A DNA stretch of 64,000 nt from Candidatus Nomurabacteria bacterium (GCA_040376695.1 JBEIQD010000001.1:145437-209436); one strand, 5' to 3'; counted from the first letter of the stretch, positions 9,426-20,592 are shown. A program made the numbers and translations. The notes: generated from the letters alone by a model not told the origin.

Positions 9426-10307
9426 TTATAACTTCTTTTCCGCTTCAATAAACTCATCAATTTCACCTTTTTCAAGTACAGCTTCAATGTTACTCGTTTC
9501 TACATCTGTTCTGTGATCTTTTACCATCTTATACGGATGAAGAACATATGAACGAATCTGATTCCCCCATTCTATTTCCATCGTCTTACTAATTTGTCTC
9601 CCTTCAATTTCTGCTTGTCGCTCTTCTTCTTGAATCTTGTACAATTTTGCTGCTAATATTTCTAGCGCCTTTTGTCTATTACGTTCTTGTTCTCGTTCTG
9701 TTGCTACATGAACTGCGATGTTTGTAGGTAGGTGCACAATACGAACAGCGGTTTCTCGTTTGTTCACGTTCTGTCCACCGGGACCAGATGACTTAGATGT
9801 TTCGATACGAATATCTTCAGGAGGAATTGGCGCCTGTTCAACAGCCGGAATCACAGGCAGCACTTCCACCATAGCAAAAGAAGTATGGCGCTTTGCTTGC
9901 GCATTAAATGGTGAAATGCGTACGAGTCTGTGCACCCCTGATTCTTGTTTCAAATTTCCATAAGCGTTCTTTCCATCAATTTCTATTGTGAGATTACGAA
10001 ATCCTCCACGCTCGTTTTTATTGTCATGAAGAACGCTATATGAATATCCTTTTCGTTTACAATACGCGTCATACATTTCAAACAACATGCGGGCGAAATC
10101 TTCGCTATCATCTCCTCCCGCGCCAGCTAAGAGTGTGAGAATGGCGTTCCCTTTATCGAGCGCACCGACTCCATCACGCCTATCTTTTAGTTCTTTTATC
10201 TTCTTGATGGTTTCCTGGGCTTTTTCTTTATCATTCCAAAAATCAACCCCATTCATGAGGTTTTCCAGTTCAGCAATTTCTGCATCAATAAGATTATTAT
10301 TTTCCAT
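9426..10307 (-). CDS. prfB: Peptide chain release factor 2 (short form)
   Basis: SPF motif (RISPFNAQAKRHTSFA), GGQ, WGNQIRSY; upstream of ftsEX. Confidence 0.93.
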   Translation of the reverse strand: MENNNLIDAEIAELENLMNGVDFWNDKEKAQETIKKIKELKDRRDGVGALDKGNAILTLLAGAGGDDSEDFARMLFEMYDAYCKRKGYSYSVLHDNKNERGGFRNLTIEIDGKNAYGNLKQESGVHRLVRISPFNAQAKRHTSFAMVEVLPVIPAVEQAPIPPEDIRIETSKSSGPGGQNVNKRETAVRIVHLPTNIAVHVATEREQERNRQKALEILAAKLYKIQEEERQAEIEGRQISKTMEIEWGNQIRSYVLHPYKMVKDHRTDVETSNIEAVLEKGEIDEFIEAEKKL

Positions 10308-10328
10308 TTTACTTAGTATAGCAAAAAC

Positions 10329-10351
10329 AATGCCGCCTTTTGGGCGGCATT
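10329..10351 (-). terminator. Rho-independent terminator
   Basis: AATGCCGCC-loop-GGCGGCATT followed by a T-run on the minus strand. Confidence 0.75.
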
Positions 10352-10357
10352 ACAAAC

Positions 10358-10657
10358 TCATCTTTTTACGTTTATAGCAAATCCTTTTTGTGTGGTATTA
10401 AATACTGCAGTGTCTCCCGGGAGAGCTCTGTCCGTAAATCGTGTTATCTCTCTGTGGACATATCCTTCACTCACAAGAAACTTGAGATGAATCTCAATTT
10501 CTGCGATAGAAATTGGGGGTGCGATCTTGCTCAAGATTCTTGAACGAGGATATAACTGAAGATACCTTGTCCTAATTTCTTCAGCTGTCTCCTGAGTGGA
10601 CTTAACACACCGTAACACCCTGCTTGCCAAGGTATTATTACCAATAGCTTTTTGCAT
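10358..10657 (-). CDS. Orphan protein, possible winged-helix fold
   Basis: 99 aa; AAGGAG SD; TCGACA-17-TAGTGT promoter; IEIHLKFLVSEGYV..FNTTQKG is wHTH-like. Confidence 0.6.
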   Translation of the reverse strand: MQKAIGNNTLASRVLRCVKSTQETAEEIRTRYLQLYPRSRILSKIAPPISIAEIEIHLKFLVSEGYVHREITRFTDRALPGDTAVFNTTQKGFAINVKR

Positions 10658-10738
10658 TGGAATCTCCTTGGTTAGTTGAACAATCGACCTTCACACTACC
10701 TAAAATAAAAGGTTTTGTCGAATTGTATTCTCTTCGTG

Positions 10739-10811
10739 AGCCAAGAGCGGGAATCGAACCCGCGACCTCTTCCTTACCATGGAAGTGCTCTACCATCTGA
10801 GCTATCTTGGC
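10739..10811 (-). tRNA. tRNA-Thr(GGT)
   Basis: GCCAAGATAGCTCAGATGGTAGAGC-ACTTCC-ATGGTAA-GGAAG...GTTCGATTCCCGCTCTTGGCT. Confidence 0.95.
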
Positions 10812-10849
10812 GTGTAATCTATAAACAAGTAGCGCCCATTCTATCAAAC

Positions 10850-11062
10850 TTACCCTACTGAAACAATCTTAGAAGGACTTGTGTGGCCAGAAACGAGTCG
10901 GACTTTCATATTTGGAAACAAGTTGCGTACAATTTCTAATACACGATTATTTGCATGATTGTTCTCAGCTGGAGCCTGCACCCAAATACGATACTCATCA
11001 TCTTTTAATTGTTCCACTTTTTCAATCTTAGAATCAGGAATAACCTTAAGCTTTAGATACAT
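10850..11062 (-). CDS. DUF167/YggU family protein
   Basis: LKVIPDS..VQAPAENNHAN..LVSGHTSPSK pattern. Confidence 0.85.
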   Translation of the reverse strand: MYLKLKVIPDSKIEKVEQLKDDEYRIWVQAPAENNHANNRVLEIVRNLFPNMKVRLVSGHTSPSKIVSVG

Positions 11063-11741
11063 CTGTTTTTACTTTTTTACCGATGGTATTTTCTTTCTTG
11101 GCGCGGTACTCATCAATAAGCTTGTGATTTCCCGAAAGAAGAACCTTTGGTACACGATACTTCTTCTTATTGTATTCATAGATTTCTGGACGAGCATATA
11201 TTTCGTGAGACGCCATACGCTTTTCCTCTAAGGAAAGATTGTCATTAAGCACTCCTTGGATTTGTCGAGAAATAGCATCAATACAAATCATAGCAGGAAG
11301 TTCTCCACCAGTAAGCACGTATTCCCCAATACTCCACTCTTTTGCTTTCAAAATCTTTTTCACTCGCGAGTCAATTCCTTCGTAACGACCACAGATAAAA
11401 ATAATATCTGTGTATTTAGCAGCTGAGTTCTTTGCAACAGTGTTAGTAAACATATCACCACCAGCATTGAAAATAACCACAAGCACCTTAGCGGTTTTTC
11501 GACGAGCAATTTTCTTTTGAATTTTTTCTACACAGTTGATGATTGGATCAACCCACATCACCATACCAGGACCACCACCATATGGCTTACCATCAACTCG
11601 ACGATGTTTATCAGTTGTGTACTCACGAAGCGCATAGGTGTGAATCTCAATTAATTTACTTTCTACAGCACGAGAAATAATCGACTCTGCAAAATACGAG
11701 TCGAGCATGTTTGGGAAGATTGTTACCACGTGGTATCTCAT
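11046..11741 (-). CDS. trmD: tRNA (guanine37-N1)-methyltransferase
   Basis: PYGGGPGMVM, ICGRYEGIDSR, SIGEYVLTGGELPA. Confidence 0.96.
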   Translation of the reverse strand: MRYHVVTIFPNMLDSYFAESIISRAVESKLIEIHTYALREYTTDKHRRVDGKPYGGGPGMVMWVDPIINCVEKIQKKIARRKTAKVLVVIFNAGGDMFTNTVAKNSAAKYTDIIFICGRYEGIDSRVKKILKAKEWSIGEYVLTGGELPAMICIDAISRQIQGVLNDNLSLEEKRMASHEIYARPEIYEYNKKKYRVPKVLLSGNHKLIDEYRAKKENTIGKKVKTDVSKA

Positions 11742-11769
11742 ACTTGACAGTATAGCATTTTATAGGTGT

Positions 11770-11801
11770 AAAGAAAAGCACCCGATCGGGTGCTTTTCTT
11801 T
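11770..11801. terminator. Terminator (perfect 32-bp palindrome)
   Basis: AAAGAAAAGCACCCGATCGGGTGCTTTTCTTT. Confidence 0.85.
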
Positions 11802-11808
11802 GTATATT

Positions 11809-12126
11809 TTAGATATTCTTCAAATCATTCATTACCGCGTCCACGTCTGAGGTGTCATACCGCGGAACGTGTCCGTCAGCACGCCCTTCAGGTTCATTTA
11901 TCTTCAAGTTTACTCGAGCGTTATTCTTCATACCAACAACACGAAGCAGTGTTCGCAGTGCTTTTGCTGTAGCTCCGTCACGTCCGATAATTTTTCCCAT
12001 ATCTTCCGCTGCCACATCAAGTGTAATTAACACACCCATCTCATCCACTCTTCGTTCTACTTTTACCTCGTCTTGATTCTCTACAAGTGCCTTTACAACA
12101 TATTCAACAAATTCTTGGTCTTTCAT
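11809..12126 (-). CDS. khpA: KH-domain RNA-binding protein KhpA
   Basis: DMGKIIGRDGATAKALRTLL; rpsP-khpA-trmD synteny. Confidence 0.9.
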   Translation of the reverse strand: MKDQEFVEYVVKALVENQDEVKVERRVDEMGVLITLDVAAEDMGKIIGRDGATAKALRTLLRVVGMKNNARVNLKINEPEGRADGHVPRYDTSDVDAVMNDLKNI

Positions 12127-12212
12127 ATCGTGTTTGTATTTATCAATTCAGTGTACTCTTCTCCTTCTTTTTTATAGATAAGTTATGCACAGCATGCATA
12201 CCTAGTATTTTT

Positions 12213-12254
12213 ATAATAAAAAACTTGAGATTGAATCTCAAGTTTTTTATTATT
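12213..12254. terminator. Terminator after rpsP
   Basis: AAAAAACTTGAGATT-G-AATCTCAAGTTTTTT inverted repeat. Confidence 0.75.
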
Positions 12255-12552
12255 ATGCAGCCTTTGCTACTTTAACAACTGGCTTCTTCTTTGGAAGAAC
12301 GTTGATTTTCTTTCCTTCGATAACTCCCTTTGAAACGAGGAGATTGTGAACCGTTGGAGTAACCTGTGCACCAACTGACATCCAGTGCTTTACGCGGTCT
12401 CCTTTAGCTTCAAAGATACCAGCTTTAACATTATAAGTTCCAACAATCTCAGTAAATTGAGATGTTTTTGCCTTAAGGGTACTTTCTGTAACAATAAGAC
12501 GGAAATGAGGGTCGTTCTTGCGTCCTGTACGCTGTAGTCTGATTTTTAACAT
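12253..12552 (-). CDS. rpsP: 30S ribosomal protein S16
   Basis: MLKIRLQRTGRKNDPHFRLIV..GAQVTPTV; start moved to ATG 12552. Confidence 0.95.
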   Translation of the reverse strand: MLKIRLQRTGRKNDPHFRLIVTESTLKAKTSQFTEIVGTYNVKAGIFEAKGDRVKHWMSVGAQVTPTVHNLLVSKGVIEGKKINVLPKKKPVVKVAKAA

Positions 12553-12630
12553 GTTCCATATTCTACCATAAACCCCAATAAAAAACAAGAAAAGCCCTAG
12601 CGATTCCCATAAAATGGGATAGCTAGGACT

Positions 12631-12894
12631 TTACGAGAATGTGCCGTTTTTAAAAAGCGTCTTTCGAACAATGCAGGGCTGGAATTTTTGGCACGCAAAA
12701 CCCTTAAAGCCCAGAGCGAGAGTTGCGGGACAGTCACAAATGACCGACATAACAACAATCGATGGACATTTTGGGCTATCTTTAGGCCCTTTCCCTTCAG
12801 CAAAAGCTTCTGCCTCTTCCCGAAACAAGGCAATCAGGGACTCTTGTGACGGTTCTTCACCTTCAGGTACTTTAGGAATAATTACGGTGTTCAT
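12631..12894 (-). CDS. Orphan Cys-rich small protein
   Basis: 87 aa from ATG 12894 after AAGGAGG SD; five Cys; own TGG-TAGAAT promoter and downstream hairpin at about 12590-12631. Confidence 0.6.
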   Translation of the reverse strand: MNTVIIPKVPEGEEPSQESLIALFREEAEAFAEGKGPKDSPKCPSIVVMSVICDCPATLALGFKGFACQKFQPCIVRKTLFKNGTFS

Positions 12895-12939
12895 AATGAA
12901 CCCCTCCTTTCTAAGAACCCATTCTACCACGGAATAGAA

Positions 12940-14874
12940 CTATCGTACTAGCTCGTAATCAATCACCCGTAAATCAAGATTTGCGTTCTTTACACGCATT
13001 CGTACTGGTGTTCCAATCTTCCATTCCATTCCTGTTCGCTCTCCAAACACTCGTCCACCTTTTTGGTCAAAGTTGTAGAAATCGTCCCCCAGGTCACGCA
13101 AACGAATCATACCTTCACACTTACTTTTCTTCTCTTCTACATAAATCCCCCACTCAGACACGCCAGACACCATACCGTCGAATTCTTGCCCAATGCGGTA
13201 CGACATATACTCCACCTGCTTATACTTAATACTTCCACGTTCAGCGTCTGACGCTTCTTTTTCTCGGCGGCTAGCTTTTGCACAGAGTGAATCAAATAAT
13301 CCACGCTCTTCTTCTTTAGGATAGTCTCCTTCTAGCACTCGCATTAAGAGACGATGTGTCAGCACATCAGGATACCGACGAATTGGAGACGTAAAGTGAG
13401 AATAATAATCAAACGCTAGTCCATAGTGACCAACATTTTTTGTACTATATACCGCTTTTGCCATAGAACGAGTAATGTGAACTTGGAGCAATTGCTTCTC
13501 AGGCCTATCTGCCATTTTACGAAGAAGATCATTGAGGTCCTGTGAAGGAATGAGTCCGTCTATAAAGCGAACATGGAACCCGAGACCACGAATATACAAA
13601 TCAAGATCGTGCATCTTATCAGGGTCTGGTTTATCGTGAATACGGTACACGCAAATTGATCGGCCGTTTTTCTCCTCTTGTTTTTCGGTAATAAACTTAC
13701 TTACATATTTGTTAGCTAAAAGCATGTACTCCTCAATCAACTTGTGAGTATCTCCACGAGACTTAACATACACATCAATTGGCACACCCTTTTCATCTAA
13801 CTTAAATTTAACCTCTTCAGTTTCAAGAGAAAGCGCCCCACCTTCAAAACGTGCTTTTGTTAAATTCTTTGCAATCTTATTTAAAATAGTAAGCTCTTCG
13901 TAGAAATCTCCTGTTCCTGTGTCGAGGGTAACTTGCGCGTCCTCGTATGAATATCTTCGATGAGAGTTAATGAGAGATCGCCCAAACCATTCTCCATGAA
14001 CTTTTCCTTCATCATCAAGTTCAAGCACCGCAGACATTACAAGGCGGTCTTCACCCTGCACAAGAGAACATAAATCGTTTGAAAGCACCTCTGGAAGCAT
14101 AGGAATCACACGGTCAACGAGGTACACAGATGTCTCGCGAGCTATTCCTTCCTCATCAAGTGCCATTCCTGGGCGGACATAGTACGAAACGTCAGCAATA
14201 TGAATACCAACCTCGTAGTGACCATTATCAAGCTTCTTAAATGAAATAGCGTCGTCAAAGTCTTTAGCGTCGATTGGGTCGATGGTGAACGTTGGTGTCG
14301 TTCTGAAATCTCTTCGATTAGCTTTATCTTCTTCCGTAATTCCTCGCGCTTTTATTTCATTAGCTTCTTTGTTTACTGCATCATTATGTTCAGCACTAAA
14401 ACCACGTTCAAGTGCGTACGCAAGCATTTCCGCATTGTTGTCTCCTGGATATCCAAGTACATTCGTCACACGCCCTACCGGAGACTTCTTTTGATCACTC
14501 CACTCATCAATGGTTGCGATTACTTTCATACCAACCTCAGCACCATTAAGATCATCCTTGTTGATCATGATGTCGGTGTACATTTTCTTGTCCTGGGGAA
14601 CAAGAAAATAATGTCCTGCATCTTCTTCTATGATACCAGCGTACCCTTTACGTCCACGCTCGATAATAGAGAGTACTTTTCCGTATAGTTCTTGTTCGCC
14701 TTTTATGTTCTGCTTTTTACCGAGTAGTTCCACTTGAACAATATCTTGGTGGAGTGCTGTATTAAGATGGCTGTGGTCAACAAAAATCGCACCATCATGC
14801 TCAAGCTCTGTAACCCGTACATATCCATCTTTCTTAGAAGTGAGGCTAACTGCCCCTGTAAACACACGTTCCAT
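12940..14874 (-). CDS. rnr: Ribonuclease R
   Basis: TIDPIDAKDFDDA, HFTSPIRRYPD, C-terminal S1 domain. Confidence 0.95.
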   Translation of the reverse strand: MERVFTGAVSLTSKKDGYVRVTELEHDGAIFVDHSHLNTALHQDIVQVELLGKKQNIKGEQELYGKVLSIIERGRKGYAGIIEEDAGHYFLVPQDKKMYTDIMINKDDLNGAEVGMKVIATIDEWSDQKKSPVGRVTNVLGYPGDNNAEMLAYALERGFSAEHNDAVNKEANEIKARGITEEDKANRRDFRTTPTFTIDPIDAKDFDDAISFKKLDNGHYEVGIHIADVSYYVRPGMALDEEGIARETSVYLVDRVIPMLPEVLSNDLCSLVQGEDRLVMSAVLELDDEGKVHGEWFGRSLINSHRRYSYEDAQVTLDTGTGDFYEELTILNKIAKNLTKARFEGGALSLETEEVKFKLDEKGVPIDVYVKSRGDTHKLIEEYMLLANKYVSKFITEKQEEKNGRSICVYRIHDKPDPDKMHDLDLYIRGLGFHVRFIDGLIPSQDLNDLLRKMADRPEKQLLQVHITRSMAKAVYSTKNVGHYGLAFDYYSHFTSPIRRYPDVLTHRLLMRVLEGDYPKEEERGLFDSLCAKASRREKEASDAERGSIKYKQVEYMSYRIGQEFDGMVSGVSEWGIYVEEKKSKCEGMIRLRDLGDDFYNFDQKGGRVFGERTGMEWKIGTPVRMRVKNANLDLRVIDYELVR

Positions 14875-14899
14875 ATATCCTGTAACTATAGCATAAAAC

Positions 14900-17128
14900 T
14901 TACTTACTGTAATTCTCCGCTTCTTTAAAATTAATTGAAAGCAATTTACTTCCTCCGTCTACTCCGATTGTTACGCCGTACAACATGTCGCAGTGATTCA
15001 TGGTTTCTCGATTGTGCGTAATCACGAGCAATTTACTCTTTTCAGCTAATCGTTTGAGCATAACTCCGTATTTGCGAGCGTTTGATTCATCTAGCGGCGC
15101 ATCTGTTTCGTCGAGCACCATAAATGGAGGCGGAGTAATTGAAGACATCGCAAATAAAAGTGCAATTGAAACAAGGGCACGCTCTCCACCCGAGAACATA
15201 GTTATTTCTTTTACCTTTTTGTTTGGGAGCGAGACATCGATATCTATTCCCTGTTCAGTTATCTGATTTCCTTCATCGTCTATTTTTGTGAGTTGTAAAA
15301 GTACAAGCTTTCCTTTTCCTCCCACGAATACCTCTCCAAAAAATTCACTGAATACCTTAGAAACTTCTTCCACCCCTTTTGAAAAACGTTCTTCGAGGGA
15401 CGTTGTGAGTTCATCAATAAGCGTGAGCAGCTTTTCTTCACTGTCTTTAATATCAGTAAGCTCTCGAGCGAGATATTCATCACGTTCACGAGTTGAAGCA
15501 TATTCTGCAATAACTTCTTCACGATTCGGAACACCCGCTTCTTCAATGCGAAGTTTGCAGCGTTCAATAGCACGCAAGATGTCTGGTTTTGGAGTATCAC
15601 GAAACCGTTCGTCAGGAGTATGATTTTTATATTCCAACACAACACGCCCCACAATAAGCACGCCTTCTTCTCGCAGCGCCTCAAAGTGTTGCTTACGAAG
15701 TGAAAACTCTCCTTCTTCTTGTCTTCGTAACGCAATAGTACTTTCAAGTTCACGCAACTTACTCTGTAGTGTCATTACTTTCTTTTCCTCTTCATGACGA
15801 GACTGAAGAGACGTTTGAGCGTGAACATCAATTGCGTCAATTTTCTCTTGAAGAGTCACAACATCTCTAGAGAGAGTCTGTTCTTTCTGTTCATGTTCTG
15901 TAATCGCCTGCGACACTGTTTCAATATCACGCTTCAAGGATTCCTTTTTATTCGTATCTCCTTTGTCTTGCACTCCAAAAAATTCACCCACTTCATGTTT
16001 AAGTCCATGCGCATGCATCGTTGCCTTTTGAATATCAGAAGAATTAAGGGCAGATTCAAGGGAATCAATTTCATGAGAAAAAAGAGTTTGGGCACTAGTC
16101 CATTTTTCGTGACTCAAAGTGACAGCCTTACCTTCTACATCTCTTGAGAATTCTTTTTCTAAATATGCTTTTTCCGCTTCAAGCCTACCGAGCGTTTTTG
16201 TTACTTGATCACGACGCTCTAAGAGTCCGCGCATTTCTGTTTGGAGTGTGTGCTTTTCAGATGTAGAGGTTACCTGCGTTGTAGAAGTGCTATCTTTAAG
16301 TACACGTAACTCTTTTTGAATAGAATCAGTGATGAGAATAAGAGAAGCGGAAGAACCCTCTTCACGTATGCGCTCATCTAACGCTTGTAACTCATTTTCT
16401 TCACGAGTTAAATATGCAATGAGAAGTGTATGCAATTTATTTCGCTCTTCACTTGCTGCTTCAATTTTATCAACCTGTCGCTTCAGGTGATCAAGATGTG
16501 GCTTAATTTCTTTACGTAGCAACTCAACTTCATGTACATGTGTTTTAACACGCTCAAGTTTACGCTTACTTTCGTTTAAGCGCATATGATACATACGCAA
16601 CCCAAGAGCATCTTCTAATGCTTCTTTTCTATCTCGAGGGTTCGCTAATAAAATTCTATCTGCTTCACCTTGATTAATAATCGTATGAGCACTTCCTCCA
16701 ATACCAGCAAACGACAATAGCTCCTGTACATCCTTTAAACGGATTTTTGCATCATTGAGCATATAATCACTCGTACCATCAGCAAAAATAACGCGAGATA
16801 ATGTAAGTTCGTCGTATACCAAATAAGGAGCAAGTGTTTCTGAAGCATGTGCCACATCTCCTTTGTCTTTGTTATCAATCACCATCATCACTGAAGCACG
16901 TGAAAGTGGAGACAAATGTTCTGAACCTTTAAATATAACGTCCGCTCCAATTTTCCCACGCATAGATTTCATCGATTGCTCTCCTAGAACGAAACGAATT
17001 GCTTCTGCGATGTTTGATTTACCAGAACCGTTTGGACCAACAACACCCGTTACCTGATGAGTAACATCAAGTGTTGTTTTTTTAGCGAAGGACTTAAACC
17101 CTTGGATAGTAATGTGCGACAAACGCAT
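14900..17128 (-). CDS. smc: Short SMC-family chromosome segregation ATPase
   Basis: QGFKSFA, GPNGSGKSN, IINQG, FSGGERAL, LDETDAPLD, ITHN; about 742 aa. Confidence 0.85.
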   Translation of the reverse strand: MRLSHITIQGFKSFAKKTTLDVTHQVTGVVGPNGSGKSNIAEAIRFVLGEQSMKSMRGKIGADVIFKGSEHLSPLSRASVMMVIDNKDKGDVAHASETLAPYLVYDELTLSRVIFADGTSDYMLNDAKIRLKDVQELLSFAGIGGSAHTIINQGEADRILLANPRDRKEALEDALGLRMYHMRLNESKRKLERVKTHVHEVELLRKEIKPHLDHLKRQVDKIEAASEERNKLHTLLIAYLTREENELQALDERIREEGSSASLILITDSIQKELRVLKDSTSTTQVTSTSEKHTLQTEMRGLLERRDQVTKTLGRLEAEKAYLEKEFSRDVEGKAVTLSHEKWTSAQTLFSHEIDSLESALNSSDIQKATMHAHGLKHEVGEFFGVQDKGDTNKKESLKRDIETVSQAITEHEQKEQTLSRDVVTLQEKIDAIDVHAQTSLQSRHEEEKKVMTLQSKLRELESTIALRRQEEGEFSLRKQHFEALREEGVLIVGRVVLEYKNHTPDERFRDTPKPDILRAIERCKLRIEEAGVPNREEVIAEYASTRERDEYLARELTDIKDSEEKLLTLIDELTTSLEERFSKGVEEVSKVFSEFFGEVFVGGKGKLVLLQLTKIDDEGNQITEQGIDIDVSLPNKKVKEITMFSGGERALVSIALLFAMSSITPPPFMVLDETDAPLDESNARKYGVMLKRLAEKSKLLVITHNRETMNHCDMLYGVTIGVDGGSKLLSINFKEAENYSK

Positions 17129-17151
17129 AGTATAAAAAGTGTAACACAATA

Positions 17152-17181
17152 AAAAAGACCAGCCTGTGGGCTAGTCTTTTT
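17152..17181 (-). terminator. Terminator
   Basis: AAAAAGACCAGCC-TGT-GGGCTAGTCTTTTT. Confidence 0.7.
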
Positions 17182-17203
17182 GTGGCATGTTCTGTGAACC
17201 TTC

Positions 17204-17347
17204 TCAGGAAACCCACCTTCTTTTTCGGACCAAGTCTTTGCGTTTCCGCTGCTCCGCCAAGCGGACTGACTTGGGGCGCGTTGGTCCACGGTAGTTGGGC
17301 TTCGGAGGGATAAAAAGTCCGCCGTTTTCAATTTGAGTTGCTTTCAC
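17204..17347 (-). CDS. Small basic orphan protein (47 aa, not in ORF track)
   Basis: AAGGAG SD then GTG; MKATQIENGGLFIPPKPNYRGPTRPKSVRLAEQRKRKDLVRKRRWVS; promoter TGG-TAGATT; terminator downstream. Confidence 0.6.
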   Translation of the reverse strand: MKATQIENGGLFIPPKPNYRGPTRPKSVRLAEQRKRKDLVRKRRWVS

Positions 17348-17408
17348 GAATACTCCTTACAGTTGAACAATCGCTTTCTAATCTACCACAAAACAATTTT
17401 AGAGTACA

Positions 17409-17870
17409 TTACCAGTGTCTAATCACACGTTTACATACTCTAACGACAAAAGAAGCAATAATAAAACCGAGAACTGCCCCACCGACAATGTCATACCAAT
17501 AGTGAACCCCCGCAAGCGCACGTCCGATTCCTGTGAGAATAGCTAACACTAACAAAACTATTCCTGCTTTCTTATCAAATGAATACATCGTAGCAGCTAA
17601 AGCAAACATGAAGGCCGCATGCCCTGAAGGAAATCCGTAGCTATTAATATCTTGAGGTAAGAACAATGCTTTCGTTAAATCAGGACGAGGAAACATGAGA
17701 GCATTTTTAATAAGTGTGGCAGCATGCCAAGAAACAAAGGGAATAAGCGACAGCATAATGATGTGTCTCACGTGATGTTTCTTTTCGTGGCGAGTAAGTA
17801 CTCTGTGTGCCGCAAAAATAGCAGCAACGAAAATAAGTATGACCGCACAGAAGAGAATAAGCATATCCAT
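17409..17870 (-). CDS. PAP2 family phosphatase (BcrC-like undecaprenyl-PP phosphatase)
   Basis: K...PRP, FPSGH, GRALAGVHYWYDI motifs. Confidence 0.88.
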   Translation of the reverse strand: MDMLILFCAVILIFVAAIFAAHRVLTRHEKKHHVRHIIMLSLIPFVSWHAATLIKNALMFPRPDLTKALFLPQDINSYGFPSGHAAFMFALAATMYSFDKKAGIVLLVLAILTGIGRALAGVHYWYDIVGGAVLGFIIASFVVRVCKRVIRHW

Positions 17871-17911
17871 GCACATATTTTAGCACGCGGTGAATATGTT
17901 ATGATTTACAC

Positions 17912-18691
17912 ATGACTATACTACAGGCTCTTATTCTTGGAATCATTGAAGGACTTGCTGAGTTTTTACCCATCTCCTCAACTGGACACCTCATTCTCGC
18001 GTCTCACTTTCTTAAAATACCTCAAACTGATTTCCTTATTGCTTTTGAAATCGCAATACAGCTTGGTGCCATCTTGGCGGTGCTCTACATGTTCTGGAAA
18101 AGAATCTTTACTGTATCGATGATTAAACGCTTGATTATTGGATTCATTCCAACAGGAATAGCAGGTTTTATTATTTATCCATACATCAAACCACTTCTTA
18201 CTAATCCTCTCCTGGTTGGCATCACTCTCTTTATCGGAGGAATCATTATTCTCTTTGTGGAGCACATGTATTTAAAGTGGACCGAGGAAGGTATCGTGGA
18301 GCTGCGTCACGAGATATCTATGAAGGAAGCATTCCTTCTTGGAATGTATCAAATTGTAGCAATCATTCCTGGTGTGTCTCGTTCAGGGTCCGTCATTATA
18401 GGAGGACTCCTTATGAAACTAGATAGAAAAATCCTGACTGAATTTACATTCCTTCTAGCTGTTCCAACTATGGCAGCCGCAACACTCTATTCTTTTTATA
18501 AAAATATGGATGTTGTACTTCATGCAGCGAACCTCACACCTTTACTTGTTGGAATGCTCTCGTCATTTGTTGTTGCTACCTTTGTTATCAAACTGTTCCT
18601 TGATTACATTAAAAAACACACATTTATTGTGTTTGGCTTCTACAGAATCATTATAGGTATTATTGCCTTCTTTATCTTTCTCCCTCGATAA
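17912..18691 (+). CDS. uppP: Undecaprenyl-diphosphatase UppP/BacA
   Basis: EGLAEFLPISSTGHL, IQLGAILAV, PGVSRSG. Confidence 0.95.
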   Translation: MTILQALILGIIEGLAEFLPISSTGHLILASHFLKIPQTDFLIAFEIAIQLGAILAVLYMFWKRIFTVSMIKRLIIGFIPTGIAGFIIYPYIKPLLTNPLLVGITLFIGGIIILFVEHMYLKWTEEGIVELRHEISMKEAFLLGMYQIVAIIPGVSRSGSVIIGGLLMKLDRKILTEFTFLLAVPTMAAATLYSFYKNMDVVLHAANLTPLLVGMLSSFVVATFVIKLFLDYIKKHTFIVFGFYRIIIGIIAFFIFLPR

Positions 18692-18700
18692 ACAAAATAC

Positions 18701-20573
<1,873 letters not shown>

Positions 20574-20592
20574 CTAGTGCATTATTTTGATT

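Noticed and set aside
12172-12190. DnaA-box-like pair (TATAGATAA / TTATGCACA)
   Set aside because: Mismatched, only two boxes, and no dnaA or unwinding-element context; not called as oriC
11046-12552. rimM and rplS missing from the rpsP-khpA-trmD cluster
   Set aside because: They may lie elsewhere in the genome; absence cannot be judged from one window
12590-12631. Imperfect hairpins after orphan genes as integron attC sites (also about 49955-49996)
   Set aside because: No RYYYAAC/GTTRRRY ends, no tandem array and no integrase; terminators explain them
17050-17331. 93-aa ORF from the track overlapping the smc start
   Set aside because: Crosses a terminator and overlaps smc; the SD-supported 47-aa frame is preferred
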